Shown: in pieces, positions 38,601 through 48,900 of the stretch
Position numbering within the stretch: position 1 is the first letter of the stretch
How the letters are laid out: each line of letters starts with the position of its first letter
From: Tubulanus polymorphus
Lineage: Eukaryota; Animalia; Nemertea
NCBI RefSeq assembly: GCF_964204645.1
Contig: NC_134033.1
Coordinates: 6,348,231 to 6,412,230, forward strand
Direction: 5' to 3'
DNA: 64,000 nt
Translations under genes and position numbers: made by a program
The notes under the pieces: model-generated
The model's input: the letters and a program-made list of their open reading frames with translations, nothing else
Databases searched by the model: none
What the model was told of the DNA's origin: nothing

Positions 38601-40987
38601 ATCTTATCCTGATATTATTTGTGACCTACATTCATAAAGAGTATGCAAAATAAGATGTATTCATTTAGATTTAAAAACCAATGAAGCTGTTACCGGTATG
38701 CATCTCTGTATTTATTCTATTGATGTTTCTTTTTTCTAAACAGATTGTGTGACGTCATTAATGATCAGACTGCCTTGTGGTAAACGTGAACAAGTCAAGT
38801 GGCCTTCGACAACTAAATTAAAGGTACCAACCATATCATAAGATCTTGGACTGAGATGATGTAATTTGCAGAAAAAAATAAGGGTCTTTGAGTTTTGAAA
38901 TGATTGCAAGTGGTGCATATGAATCAACATTGATGCCTCCAGAATAATGAAGAAACTTCATGCAAACACTTAGGCCTTTTATTTTTAATAACTTGTCTTT
39001 TGGATTTGGAGGAGGAAATCAAAATTTAGAAAAAAACTTATCCCCGGTCTTTGTCAAATATTTTCAAAGGAGAAGGAAAAAGAAATAAAGAGAAAACATA
39101 TAATACCCATTTATTTCCAAAGGTGAAGGGGAGAAAAAAATCTTTAAAAAAGAATTATACAAATACTGCAAGGAAATGTGTCCGTTTATAACCAATAGTT
39201 AGTTATTATCCAGGGTATCGGGATTGGAACGAACTTTCGTCGAAAACCCTCTTGTAATTCATTTGATGATTATTATTATTTATTTTCCGCCTATTTTCGT
39301 CAAATTAAATTCATCTTCATTCAGATTTGGCAACTGACAGCTTCTAAACGAAATGTATAGATAGATACTGTAATAACGGTCTCTCTGTACCAGATTGTCT
39401 GAATATTAGACCATATCTGTCAATACATTATATTGTATGTATCGGTACTTAAATTTTTGATGATTCCTATCATCCTGAATGGCATGGTGTGGCTTCGCAG
39501 TAAACCCGTTATCGCTGCTTTGCAGCTATATTTTTTATTGGCGTTTTAGGCAAATTGGACCTTGGAATATCAAACATCAAGTCTCAATCTTGAAAGGATA
39601 AGGTTTTTAGGGGATTTCACAAAATTGTGTCATGAATATCTGACTGGGGACATAGCACAACACTTCCCAGAACAATTTTAAGTCGAAAAATCATATTCTT
39701 TATTAAATGTTCATTCACAAAATGATGTTTTTGGATGAATAATTATTTTTTTCATTTCATTTTAGCCATTGTTATTGGTAAAAAACAATGTCAGGGTCCC
39801 TACAACTCCTTGATTCCTTGAAAAACCCCTTCTAAACCAAAAATGTTTATCAAGGTCTTTGATTATCCTTGAATTTGAGCAAAATGCCCAAAAGTCCTTG
39901 AAAACTCCTTGAATTATGAGAGATTGGTAATTAGAAAACTGTTAGATTTCATGTCTAAACTCTAGTTGTTATACACACTGTGGCAGATTCCACAGAATTT
40001 AATGGTTTACAGACAAACAGTACTGATCTAGGAGAAGTCTACCGTAATTGGTATATGAAAGTGATGCAGGTGCCTCGTCGAAATTTGAATTTTCTCCTTG
40101 ACAAGGCCTTGAATTCTGGAATGACTGATCTGTAGGGTCCCTGAATGTACATAACCAATGTGCTGATTCACCAACATTCATTATTTAACGTTATTTCTAA
40201 ATACTTCTGAATGGTCTAATTTTGATTCGTATAAACCGGGTAACAATGTCTTAAGCGGTGACATTTGGACCAGAAAATAACAACGGAATTCAAATTAACT
40301 GTATGGGATTAACCGATTGTTTGCTTAGAGAAATGAATTAAAAAGAATTTGGACAAAAAAAAAGTGTACGCATAAGTGAAAAATGGAGATAAACCCGATA
40401 CGGATTAAGCAGAATTGATAATATCCTTGAAAATGTTCTGAGAAAGTATTTGGAAGTTTTTGGAAAAAGTATTTGAAACAGCCTGTGAAAGGCCTTTTGA
40501 AAACGCTTTGAAAGGGGCCCTGTAAAATATTTGGAAAAGTCAGGTGAAAATGCTCGGAAAAGCGTTTTTAAAGGCCTTTTCGAAGCTATTTCAAATGCTT
40601 TGGAATAGGCCCTTGAAAATATTTTGAAAATGCTGGGAAAAAGGTTTGAAATATGGAAAAGGCCATTGAGAATACTCAAAAATAGTCTTCGATAACATCT
40701 TCAAAATTGTTCGAAAAGTTTTTGTATGAATTTAAGTGATAATTCATGCTGATTGCTGATCCTGGAAAAATAGAAATTTTTGTTAATCGTTTTTTTTTTT
40801 TGCATTTTCTGTTTTACAGGCATTGATCCTCTACGTATTGGACTGTGGTTATTCCAGCGATCGTTACGAACTTGTCACAAATTTCCCGCGTCGTAAAATT
40901 TCGCACATGGACTACAACGACACATTAAAAGATGTCGGATTACATCCTCAGGAAACGGTATTCGTCCAGGAACGTCAAACCCCTTGA
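20656..40987 (+). CDS. UBXN7: UBX domain-containing protein 7 (UBA-UAS-UIM-UBX p97 adaptor)
   Basis: Exons 20656-20734, 24500-24701, 25774-25838, 26229-26294, 26914-27038, 28923-29069, 29395-29539, 30124-30191, 37881/37884-38412, 38744-38823 and 40820-40987, all GT-AG and phase-compatible. Motifs: QQFCAITG, VRAPIPQK, RRPARSVFDGFRDFQ, TLEDLFRPPID, KWLMVNIQNVQEFCCQVLNRDVWSN (UAS), DASEDSQMAAAIRASL (UIM), YELVTNFPRRKI...GLHPQETVFVQER (UBX). Confidence 0.96.
21139..21638. mobile_element. Foldback-type element, nearly a 500-bp imperfect hairpin
   Basis: acctgctctctgtgcgacattttggtccataatttcgttaataa is mirrored by ttattaacgaaattacggaccaaaacgtcgcacggagagcaggt; the inner arms also pair. Confidence 0.7.
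21767..22139. mobile_element. MITE, PIF/Harbinger-like
   Basis: tacaccgaca...ggagacaactagttgc is inverted against gcaactagttgtctcc...tgtcgatgta. Confidence 0.55.
22499..22710. mobile_element. Young MITE with perfect 38-bp inverted ends
   Basis: agcattaataaccccaatgactgttgacaaaaatttga (22499-22536) is the exact reverse complement of 22673-22710. Confidence 0.75.
23186..23490. mobile_element. MITE with about 37-bp imperfect TIRs
   Basis: ctctgtaatgtttaaatctacctgaaaatatcaggac versus gtcccgatatttgcaggtagatttaagcattacggag. Confidence 0.6.
24895..25377 (-). mobile_element. PIF/Harbinger transposon 5' end with truncated transposase N-terminus
   Basis: CWSRQWILRRNAQGMYNNLIQEL..EDPAQFKAFHRIDRESFYDIL..VEPLITK...MRSPISASERLSLTLR is the typical pre-catalytic region of Harbinger transposases. 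The terminus (A)GGCCCC lies beside TTA/TAA at 25371-25380, and there is a perfect 26-bp subterminal palindrome at 25336-25361. Confidence 0.8.
26392..26672. mobile_element. hAT5-type MITE (GGGGCGGATCC family)
   Basis: taggggtggatcc / ggatctgccactg; flanks CCTTC and GCTTC (4/5 TSD match). Confidence 0.55.
27513..28779 (+). mobile_element. Helentron-associated non-autonomous element (HINE/DINE-1-like), copy 1, with a 4 x 154-bp internal array
   Basis: T-rich insertion site; subTIR gcccacttg (27519) / caagtgggc (28748); 5' internal inverted repeat; (GTCC/GTTC)n microsatellite; central tandem repeats; 3' stem-loop ggtgtcc-ct-ggacccc followed by TAGTT. Confidence 0.85.
30236..31049. mobile_element. 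Harbinger-like MITE interrupted by the hAT6-type element
   Basis: Inverted ends gggccagttgctca / tgcgcaactggtccc. Confidence 0.5.
30342..31015. mobile_element. hAT6-type non-autonomous element
   Basis: 13-bp TIR caggggttagatt / aatctaacccctg, with a perfect 6-bp TSD TGTTAC (30336-30341 and 31016-31021). Confidence 0.75.
31500..31661 (-). mobile_element. tRNA-derived SINE with a CORE-like central domain
   Basis: On the minus strand: A-box-like agtggtaagagcg, B-box-like ggttctaacc, then gggtcccagggtaagatactagatcctcattgcctctgtccatccagg, which resembles the CORE/V-type SINE domain. Confidence 0.55.
31998..32351 (+). other. Acidic exon-like ORF in UBXN7 intron 8 (cassette exon or captured gene fragment)
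   Basis: Acceptor ttatttcacag and donor GTAATT enclose 354 nt that are open in the UBXN7 frame (phase 0-0). Confidence 0.35.
32478..32570 (+). mobile_element. pogo/Tc2-like transposon end
   Basis: TA|CCGTAAAAACCGGCGTATAAGTCGAG, with a second ccggcttataagtcgag copy about 55 bp downstream. Confidence 0.5.
32600..34234 (-). mobile_element. Truncated Ty3/Gypsy (Mag-like) LTR retrotransposon: 5' LTR, PBS, gag, protease, start of RT
   Basis: 145-bp LTR at 34090-34234 (TGTAGTG...CACCACA, internal AATAAA). PBS TGGCGACGAG (34079-34088) is complementary to the 3' end of tRNA-Ser(GCU). gag has WKRW / KKALLLHSAGMDVQDIF and two CCHC knuckles; protease LIDSGS; RT start GIIEKVDGPTPWVSPLVVAPKP...RVCVD. Stops and frameshifts are present and there is no 3' LTR. 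Confidence 0.9.
34885..35560. repeat. Degenerate minisatellite with a unit of about 30 bp
   Basis: Recurrent gatgttaatgatgtcact(atg)aattataaa-like units. Confidence 0.6.
35254..35397. mobile_element. hAT5-type MITE inserted in the minisatellite
   Basis: caggggcggatc / gatctgcccatg, with a perfect 5-bp TSD AATGG. Confidence 0.7.
35663..36910 (+). mobile_element. HINE/DINE-1-like element, copy 2 (same family as 27513-28779)
   Basis: Colinear with copy 1 along its whole length, with four internal units; the 3' hairpin is degenerate. Confidence 0.85.
39203..39535 (+). mobile_element. Short HINE of a second family
   Basis: agggt...aaaccct 5' inverted repeat, (ATT)n microsatellite, 3' aaacccg plus hairpin gctgc-ttt-gcagc followed by TATATT. 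Confidence 0.55.
39792..40143. mobile_element. hAT5-type MITE
   Basis: TIR cagggtccctaca / tgtagggtccctg; perfect 5-bp TSD AATGT; subterminal TCCTTGA repeats. Confidence 0.72.
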
Positions 40988-41534
40988 CGTTACGTTTAAA
41001 ACCAATTATCGAGGTTAATAATGCATCTGCCTTAGAAAAATGCAAAATGCCCGACCACCAAGGGGGCTTAAAAGTTATGAAATCATTACCATTCAAGTTC
41101 ATAATATGCTATGAACTTCCTGCGTGGGGCCGAACTATCACTCAGCGTTTAAAGACCCAACTCAAATCTGCTGTGATTCTAATCTTGTAAGTGCTTCGGC
41201 TGGATAAATCTGACAAACTCAGGTCTGACAAATGTTCGTACGCTAAAATCTAATTTAAGGAACGGCTTCTTATGTACGTACCATTGTATCAGTCTTAAGT
41301 GTTGGACAAATATCATTTGAGCTTTTAGGCAATTTCTGATTTGAGCGGTAGCTACTAGACTATCCATGGTCCTAAATGACTTCAGTCTGCTGTGTACAAT
41401 CTCGGGGAATGAATTGTATTATGAATTTTGTTCTGTTTGAGTCAGATTTTGTAATAATGTATTTATGATGCGTAAAATGCTTGGCTGTTGAGTGGGATAA
41501 TGTTTTTCACTTTCAGGGCTGAAAAATGTTTCGC

Positions 41535-41616
41535 AATAAAAATGATATACTAAAATGTACAATAATTAAATAACATACTATTTTGAGGATTATTTCTGAT
41601 ATTTTTCGATAATAAA
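41535..41616 (+). terminator. UBXN7 polyadenylation signals
   Basis: AATAAA at 41535 and 41611, followed by GT/T-rich sequence. Confidence 0.55.
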
Positions 41617-41789
41617 AAGACTGTTGTATATATTATTGTAAAAGAGTTGTGTGATTCTTTGCTTGAGAAATTCGGTAAGAGAAGGGCCTACTGGTTAAAA
41701 CAACACTGATTGCCATTGACATGACGTGGTCAGCGCCATCTGCAGGGATGAATTATCTAGTAGTACCAGTTCTGCCACACCGCTGGTGA

Positions 41790-41965
41790 TATCTCATAGT
41801 AGCAGGTCTGCTACCATGAGATATCTTGTATGTATTGGTCCACCACTGGTTGCACTTAATGCCACAGACTAACTTATCTTCACCCGTCAAGGGATTCGAA
41901 CCCGCTAAGCTAAAGCTGTTCCCCGTTGGTGGAAGCGAGTTCGGGAGTGATACCGGACCCCTGGC
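41790..41965 (-). mobile_element. Possible degenerate tRNA-derived SINE
   Basis: B box GGTTCGAATCCC on the minus strand near 41891-41902. The A box is not clear and the boundaries are approximate. Confidence 0.35.
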
Positions 41966-42195
41966 AAGATGAGACTCTTAATGTTTATACTATAATAAGT
42001 ATAAACGCAGACAATTTTTGGGTGTTTTGTTTCAAAAATACTGGCAGGCCTCTACTGGAGTAGTCTTAATGTCGAAATGACAGAGGCGGCACAGAGGTAC
42101 TCAGTTAGGTTGGGCGCATACTATTTCGTGTCGCTACAGTTTGGCCGGCCGCTGTGGTGGGTTTTGGGCCAAATGAAACCGGGGACAACCCATAA

Positions 42196-42747
42196 TGGTG
42201 CGGTATCGAACATTCGCAACAATTGTTAATTACACACAATTGAATGACTATTCCACGATTCTTACTTAGTAGCGATTGTACGACTCTAAAAGCAAGTTAA
42301 TATTACAATCACATATATGATCATTTCTACAATTCTATTGGTCGATTCTAAGAGCATCTACTATTTGCGATTGTAGCGATTCCACTATCCTAAAACTAAG
42401 TTATTACAATCGCATTTTTAATCAATTTTACGATTCTATGCCGATTCTAAAAGCATCTTACAATTCTACGATTATATTCTACGATTCTGCGATCCTCTCA
42501 CTGTTTGCTATTGTAAATGCTCTTATTCAAAGTAAACAGGTCTTAGAATTGTTGAGAATCGCCTCGTAGAATCGTAGAATTTACAATGGCGCAATGTCAA
42601 AACTAATTAGAATCGTAGTTAGAATCGCCATTTCATCTTTGAACATTCGCTAATATTGACAATTGTTATAATAATGTATTAAGAATCGCTACAATTGAAC
42701 GGAGGATAGAAAAGTGGCGATTGTAGCGAATGTTCGATACCGCACCG
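42196..42747. mobile_element. MITE with perfect 21-bp TIRs and many ACGATTCT subterminal repeats
   Basis: ggtgcggtatcgaacattcgc (42197-42217) / gcgaatgttcgataccgcacc (42726-42746); flanks TAA and CAA. Confidence 0.7.
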
Positions 42748-43390
42748 CAACTAGAGCAGGGAAGACTGGGTAGGGTGTTGGGACGGGTTCGTTGGGACTG
42801 TAGGCACACCGTACTATTTAGATAATGCTACCACACAGAAAGAAATCAGCAATTATTCTTTGAATCTTCAAGTTTTCATCGTCTGAAAAATAGAAGGAAT
42901 GGATTTAACGATTCGATCCGGCCGGATGCTGGTCATTCAGATGGCCGGAGCAGTCCATCCTTAGTTCCATGATAAAATCGAGGCGCCTGTGGCACGTCAG
43001 GTTCCGGTTTCCCGTTTCGGTGCACGTAAACGTTTGCTGCTTTTGTCGAATAAATCCAACTCCATCATCGTTCGCAGCGACCAGTTCTGTATCCTTCTCA
43101 CGAAATATCGAAGTCGACAGATTTTCGCATTTGTTTTTAGCCGAAACTCGGTTTTTCTCTTGTCCCAGCCACCAGAAATTCCCGTCGAATCCCACGACAT
43201 CCATTTTCATTTCCGCATTCGCTGTAGAGTTTACGTCGCCAAAAATACGGCTTGATTTTCTCTAAACCGCTTTTATTAAATCCAGCCTTCAGTCAGTCAT
43301 TTGTGCCCGATAATTAGTTTCCCGCGCAGCTTGCTCAGGTTTTTTGTTGTTGAGAAAGTGTGATAATTCCATTTGAGATAGGTCGAAAAG

Positions 43391-45195
43391 ATGCCGGCGA
43401 AAAAGAAAAAATTCATCGATAAAAAGAATGCCGTCACTTTCCATCTGGTGCATCGGAGTCAGAAAGATCCGCTCCAAGCCGACGAAAATGCGCCGAAGCA
43501 CGTTCTTTTGCCGAGCGGCGCCACTAATTCGGAAGAGGTTCAAAAGCGTCGCGACGAACAAGCGAAATTCGGAGTTTTCTTCGACGACGATTACGATTAT
43601 CTGCAGCATCTTCGCGACGTCGACGAACTGAACCGCGTCGAACCGATCGAAGAACGATTTCGAATCGCCGCTAAGGAAAAGCCGTCGCTGAAACGGAAAA
43701 ACGACGAAATTGCGTTCAAGGATGATTCGGAGCGTGTTTTATTCCCGGGGGCGGAGGCTCGCTCCACCGTGGCGGCTTCGATAATGCTGCCGTCGACTGT
43801 TTTCGCGTCGGAAACTGAAACGGAAGTCGGTATGTTGAATAAAGCGGCTCCATTACGCGGACCGCAGCCGGACTGGGACCCGGACATCGTGGCTGCGTTG
43901 GACGATGATTTCGACTACGCCGACGAAGAGAATCTGTTAGACGATGACTTTATTTTGAAAGCGAATGAGGATTGTGGCGATGATAGAAATGTGGATAATC
44001 GCAGTGATGATGGTGATTGTGACTACGCCTCGGATGATGTGGATTATTCAGACGACGATCAATTAGGTAATTTTCCTTAAAATGACTAAATGATGAAAAT
44101 GATAATCATGATAAGAAATTGTTTAATGTTGACCATCCCCGCCAAAAAGACAAGCTTACATTTCGTTTAGATTTCATTTTATTCAGTAAAACTAAGGGTA
44201 CTAAACTTCAAGTTTAGAACTGAATTGGTTTATGACTAGTATCGCCATTTACTGAAATTTTCAAGCAGTGATGTCATTTACGAAAACACAAATTTGTCTT
44301 ATTGATAAAAAGCGCTACTGACATTCTCGCGCATCGAGTCTCGATGCCATCAGGTTCGAATCCCTTCCGGGTAAGGCTGGCCTTTCATTTAAGTAATTTT
44401 TCAAATTCTAATGAAGAGACTATATGTGTATTTATAGGTAGTTTAGACGGTCCGGCGAGTTACGATTCCGAAGACACGAAAACTCGTTTCACGAATTACT
44501 CGGTGACGTCGTCAGCAATGGGTCGAAACGACGGCCTGGCGTTATTGGATGATCGTTTCGAGGTGTTGTTCGAGCAGTACGATGATGCCGAGATCGGCGC
44601 GTTAGAGCAGGACGACATCGACGGCGCGATCGGTGCCTGCAGTGCCGTTCTGAACGACGCACTCGACGAATTTGAACGTACTCGTCAACAAACGAAGATG
44701 AAAGACGCCGTCGAGAAAGCAGATGACGTCGTGGCGGCCGCCGACGATGACGAATCGGACGAAGAAACTCTTGAGCGGATGGTCGTGCGGGCGGAACCAA
44801 CCGAACGATGGGACTGCGAGAGCATTCTCAGCACGTACTCGACGCTTTACAATCGACCGAAAACAATCGAAGAACCGCGCCGGATCAAACTCGACAAGTC
44901 GGGCATGCCGAGCGGCGTTTTGAAAAGCAAACGCAGCGGGGACGGGTTGACGCTCAATGAGATTGAAAAGGAATTCAATGCGTCGCGCCCTGTCGCCCGA
45001 GCACCGACTAGTCACGCGCGCGGTCACGAGACGCCCGACGAGCGTCGCGCACGCAAACATGCGATCAAAGACGAACGACGCGAGCGCCGCATCGAGAAGA
45101 AGGCGACGAAGGACGCATTCAAAAAGGAGAAAACGCGACAAGATAAAGAACTTATCAATCTGAGGGCTAATTTGCAAGGCATTAAAATGACGTGA
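43391..45195 (+). CDS. LTV1: Protein LTV1 homolog (40S ribosome biogenesis factor)
   Basis: Exons 43391-44066 and 44438-45195 (phase 1, GT-AG). Motifs: KKKFIDKKNAVTFHLVHRSQKDPL, FGVFFDDDYDYLQHLR, DPDIVAALDDDFD, TRFTNYSVTSS, WDCESILSTYSTLYNRP, ETPDERRARKHAIKDERRERRIEKK. Confidence 0.97.
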
Positions 45196-45380
45196 CATCT
45201 CGGCGCCTAAAGTATTATATGCATGTATCATAGATTTGTAAATATTTCGAAATCCGATGTTGCTGAGAAGATTGATGATGATTGAGTTCACTTGAAAATT
45301 TACTGCTACCATTTCTAATATCAACACCAAAAGACGTGGGGTACGAAAGGTGACCGAATCTGGAGAGGTCCATTGTCCTT

Positions 45381-45443
45381 TAGTACAATATTGTCCTGTC
45401 TTATAGTACAATATTGTCCTGTCTTTTAGTACAATAATGTCCT
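45381..45443. repeat. 23-bp tandem repeat, about 3 copies
   Basis: tagtacaata at 45381, 45404 and 45427. Confidence 0.85.
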
Positions 45444-45906
45444 TTCGAAATCGTATTTGACGACTCAGTGGTTTCGGTTTGGGCATCAGGTCGACGTTGC
45501 AACGCGGTTTCCCGTCGCAACCAACATCAGGTGCTCTTGCAACCAGGCAGAGTTGCGAGTCGATATGCGACAACTCATAGAGTTGACATTTCATGGAGTT
45601 CAGACTAGTGAACTGAACAAAATTGGCGGCTTCCTGGAGCAAGATGCACTGGAATGTGCTATACGAATTCTTTACTATTCACTATTTTAAGACCGGTGCT
45701 ATTTAAAATTTTCCCACTGGTGTCATTTTTCTCGCTTTCATTGTTCTGTATTCGGTCACTTTTGGCATCCCGTTAACGTCGATTTCTCTTAACGCGTTGA
45801 GTTATTTTTTTCGATCGCCTCAAGAATACATTCTACAGATTCCTTAACCGGAATATTCAGATTTTCATTTCAGTCTATAGAAAATTATTAATCAGACGTC
45901 GTCATC

Positions 45907-48900
45907 ATGTCTTCGTCGATTCCGGCTAAAATCGTGCTTAAAAGCACGACTAAAATGTCTCTTAATGAAAGGTGAGGAAAGTGACACCGACTATGCAACC
46001 GTTGGAATTCTACACGTCGTTTTGGGTATCTCGGCAATGGGAGGAAATCTCTACTGACTGGGCACATCTTTTCCCCGGCGATTATTATTATCGAAATTCT
46101 TAACGATTTCGTTGATTAATGATTTCTGGAAATTGGATCGTTCGTAAAATTGTTTGCTGCTTTGAGTCCGATGTCGATATTTTCAGTCGACTCTCAATTT
46201 GAAATGGGGAAACGTAGAAAATGCTCAGAAAAAAATTCCAATGGCAATCTATGCGTGTCATTTCGATGGAAAAAAATTAAATGAGCGCTTGTAAATGCAA
46301 AAGAGGGCCAATAAAAGAATTCATTAATTACATTGAATTCATTCGTAAAAGGATTCGCTGAAAGCTTCAGAAATGGCATAAACAATCGTTGAATTATACT
46401 AGTTGATAATAGAGAGGTTCTGCTCAAACTATCCTAGCGCTCGTCGATTTGAGCTTGTGCGTAGCGAAGAATATATTCTCACTTGAAAAAGATGAAGTTG
46501 TCAGCTAGTTTGAAAACTTCGGTAAAGAAAAAAATCCATTGAAATTGAAATGGGTTATGAAAACCGGTAACGTAACGCAGGTATAAAAAGCATAATTCAA
46601 ACATGGTGGTCTGTAACTGACATGATGACCTACACGCCATTATACAAAGAAAGGCAAAACAAATTTTGTTGTTCTAATGCGATACACACATCGTGATCGC
46701 ATCACTGGCAGCGGACGTGTTTTGAGAAGAGAATGTGCGTAAATATCAAATTCTCTTGACCGAGTCATTACTCGGTATGAGAACCTAAGCAAACGCACGA
46801 AAACCTGGTTGACCTTAATGGTTGAAACATGTGCTAAATAATGAGTTACAGACACTTTTATTATATTTCACTGCCGAGATATATCTATAATTGGCTTGCG
46901 TAAAAAAAGAAGATGCATTTCAATCAGGAAATCTCAAAAAGCGCATTTCAATCGCCAGCACGCCTGATGGTCTTGCAAGCCCTTGCATCGGTGACTACAG
47001 AAGACGCACTTGAATAAGCGCGTACATAACTGAGGGGGGAACACCGGCTTTGATGCGCGCATGCCTCGCTCGCTGAGAAAGTCGTTTGTTTCCTTAAGGT
47101 TCGTACGAGCTGAGCGTAGTCTTGACGTCGCCACCCCATCCTCTCACACGGCCAGACTACTTCCTAACACCTTCGGTTTTGATGAGATGCTTACTAACTT
47201 CATCTACTCACAGCATGCAGTGACTCTCTGCCCGTAGTATTGATTGTAGAATGGATTAAGTTGTGGTTTCTCTAAAGCTGCCTTGAGACTCGTGTAGGCC
47301 TACCGTTTTTTCTCGCCCATCAATTGTGTCCAGGACTCTTAAGATTCTACCTGTCCCCAGTAGGCCTACTCGTCGATATGGAGCCACAGATTGTCCTGGT
47401 TAACTAAGTACCTGTCTCTTTGATGATTATCTTTGACTGACTCCCATGCCCTCTTAATTACTGAGCAGTTCTCATTTGATTTACTTAGAGAAACTTTTGT
47501 CCAGAGATATGAACTCTGAAATATTTTTTAATGAATATGATGAACCCCAGTTATTTCTGGGCCTGTTTGAAGTGTGACGTATGGTTCTCTGATTTTTTGT
47601 GGACTCTTCAGCGATAAAGCGTTGGTTTTCGATGTACCCCGATCTGATGATTTGTCTTTCTCTCGCACTCTCCATGTCTGTATATGTTGTATGTATATCA
47701 TCCAATCCAATCAAGGTTTACGAACATCCAAAAGATGCCCGTCGTACAGAACGTGCGAGCGCAGATGGCCGCGACGACTCAGGCTTCGGCTAAGAATCGC
47801 CGACTAGCCCAACAGATGGCGAACAGACCCGCTGTTCAAGCGGCATTGAAGATTAAACAGGTAATTACTGTAATCAGAAAAATCTTTGCAGGTACGGTCA
47901 AGCCCCAACTTAATTTGGACCAGTTATATCCAGATTTATATGTAATCTGGATATTGTTAGTTGTCCACCTATACAGTTATGCCCTATCATATAAAATATG
48001 ATGTTCAGACTTGAATCTCACAAATTCCGACTAAGAAGTTATGACTTGTTTATTTCCAATCCAAAGTCCTGATGAGATTCATTTACGTAGAAATTGATTG
48101 AATTGATTATGAAAAACCAGGATGATCAAAAACCAGTGAAAGGACCAGGCAGCAGATTGAAATAACAGGATTCCTCAAAAAGAGAAACCATTCGGATAGA
48201 ACTAAAGCCCTTTTCAATTGAATAAGAACGACTTTCTGTTACAATTGTCGCGTTCGGAAGTTTGAATCAATTCGTCCATTTGGCCGGCAGAAATCTTCCA
48301 AGAATATTCGGTCTTCCAGAAGAGCACAATCGAAAAAAAGCCTTAACCAATTACGATTATGATAAGTTATCATAATTAACGAATAGTTATAGATCTTCAG
48401 TTGACAACTTTTCTCTTGAGACACTAGAAGGCTGATAAAAAGCTCCAACCGGTAGACCTGTAATAATGTAGTGAAACATTGGTATAATGCGAATCTTGTC
48501 GGCAATAAAAATGAATGTTCCAGAATGATTTGCGTATTTTATTATCAATACGTAGTATTAATGAGTGATGTTATCAATACGTAGTATTAATGAGTGATGT
48601 TATCGGCAGAGATGCTCATTAAAATGATAGTTCTATAAGAATCTGATAAAAATATATGGTATATTGTTTTCAGCGTACAATGCAGCAGAGACTGGGCGCC
48701 AGACCAGCTACTCCTGGCGGTAATGCCGGCATCAGCGTGAAACAGAGATTGAATATGACGGCACGAGGTCGCGGTGCACGGCCGGTTCGAGGAGGAGGTG
48801 CTCAGCAAATACAGCAGGTAAAGTGATGATCGACTGGAGCCTATCGTCAGGGGCTTACATCTAGAAAATTTGAAAAATGGGGGTGCACTTTTGATTAGAA

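Noticed and set aside
40338-40730. 113-aa minus-strand ORF rich in Phe/Ser/Lys
   Set aside because: By-product of a degenerate TTTGAAAA-type low-complexity repeat in a UBXN7 intron.
44602-45642. 346-aa ORF antisense to LTV1
   Set aside because: It largely mirrors the GC-rich LTV1 exon, starts at a non-ATG codon and has no recognisable motifs.
45196-45906. Possible LTV1-CHTOP operon or trans-splicing (about 710-bp gap, no AATAAA after LTV1, acceptor before the CHTOP ATG)
   Set aside because: The gap has promoter-like motifs and a weak possible donor near 45795 for a short non-coding exon, so cis-splicing from its own promoter is the simpler explanation. It cannot be fully excluded without 5' end data.
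48069-48095. CTGATGA...GAAA hammerhead-like spacing
   Set aside because: No stem II pairing and no flanking helices.
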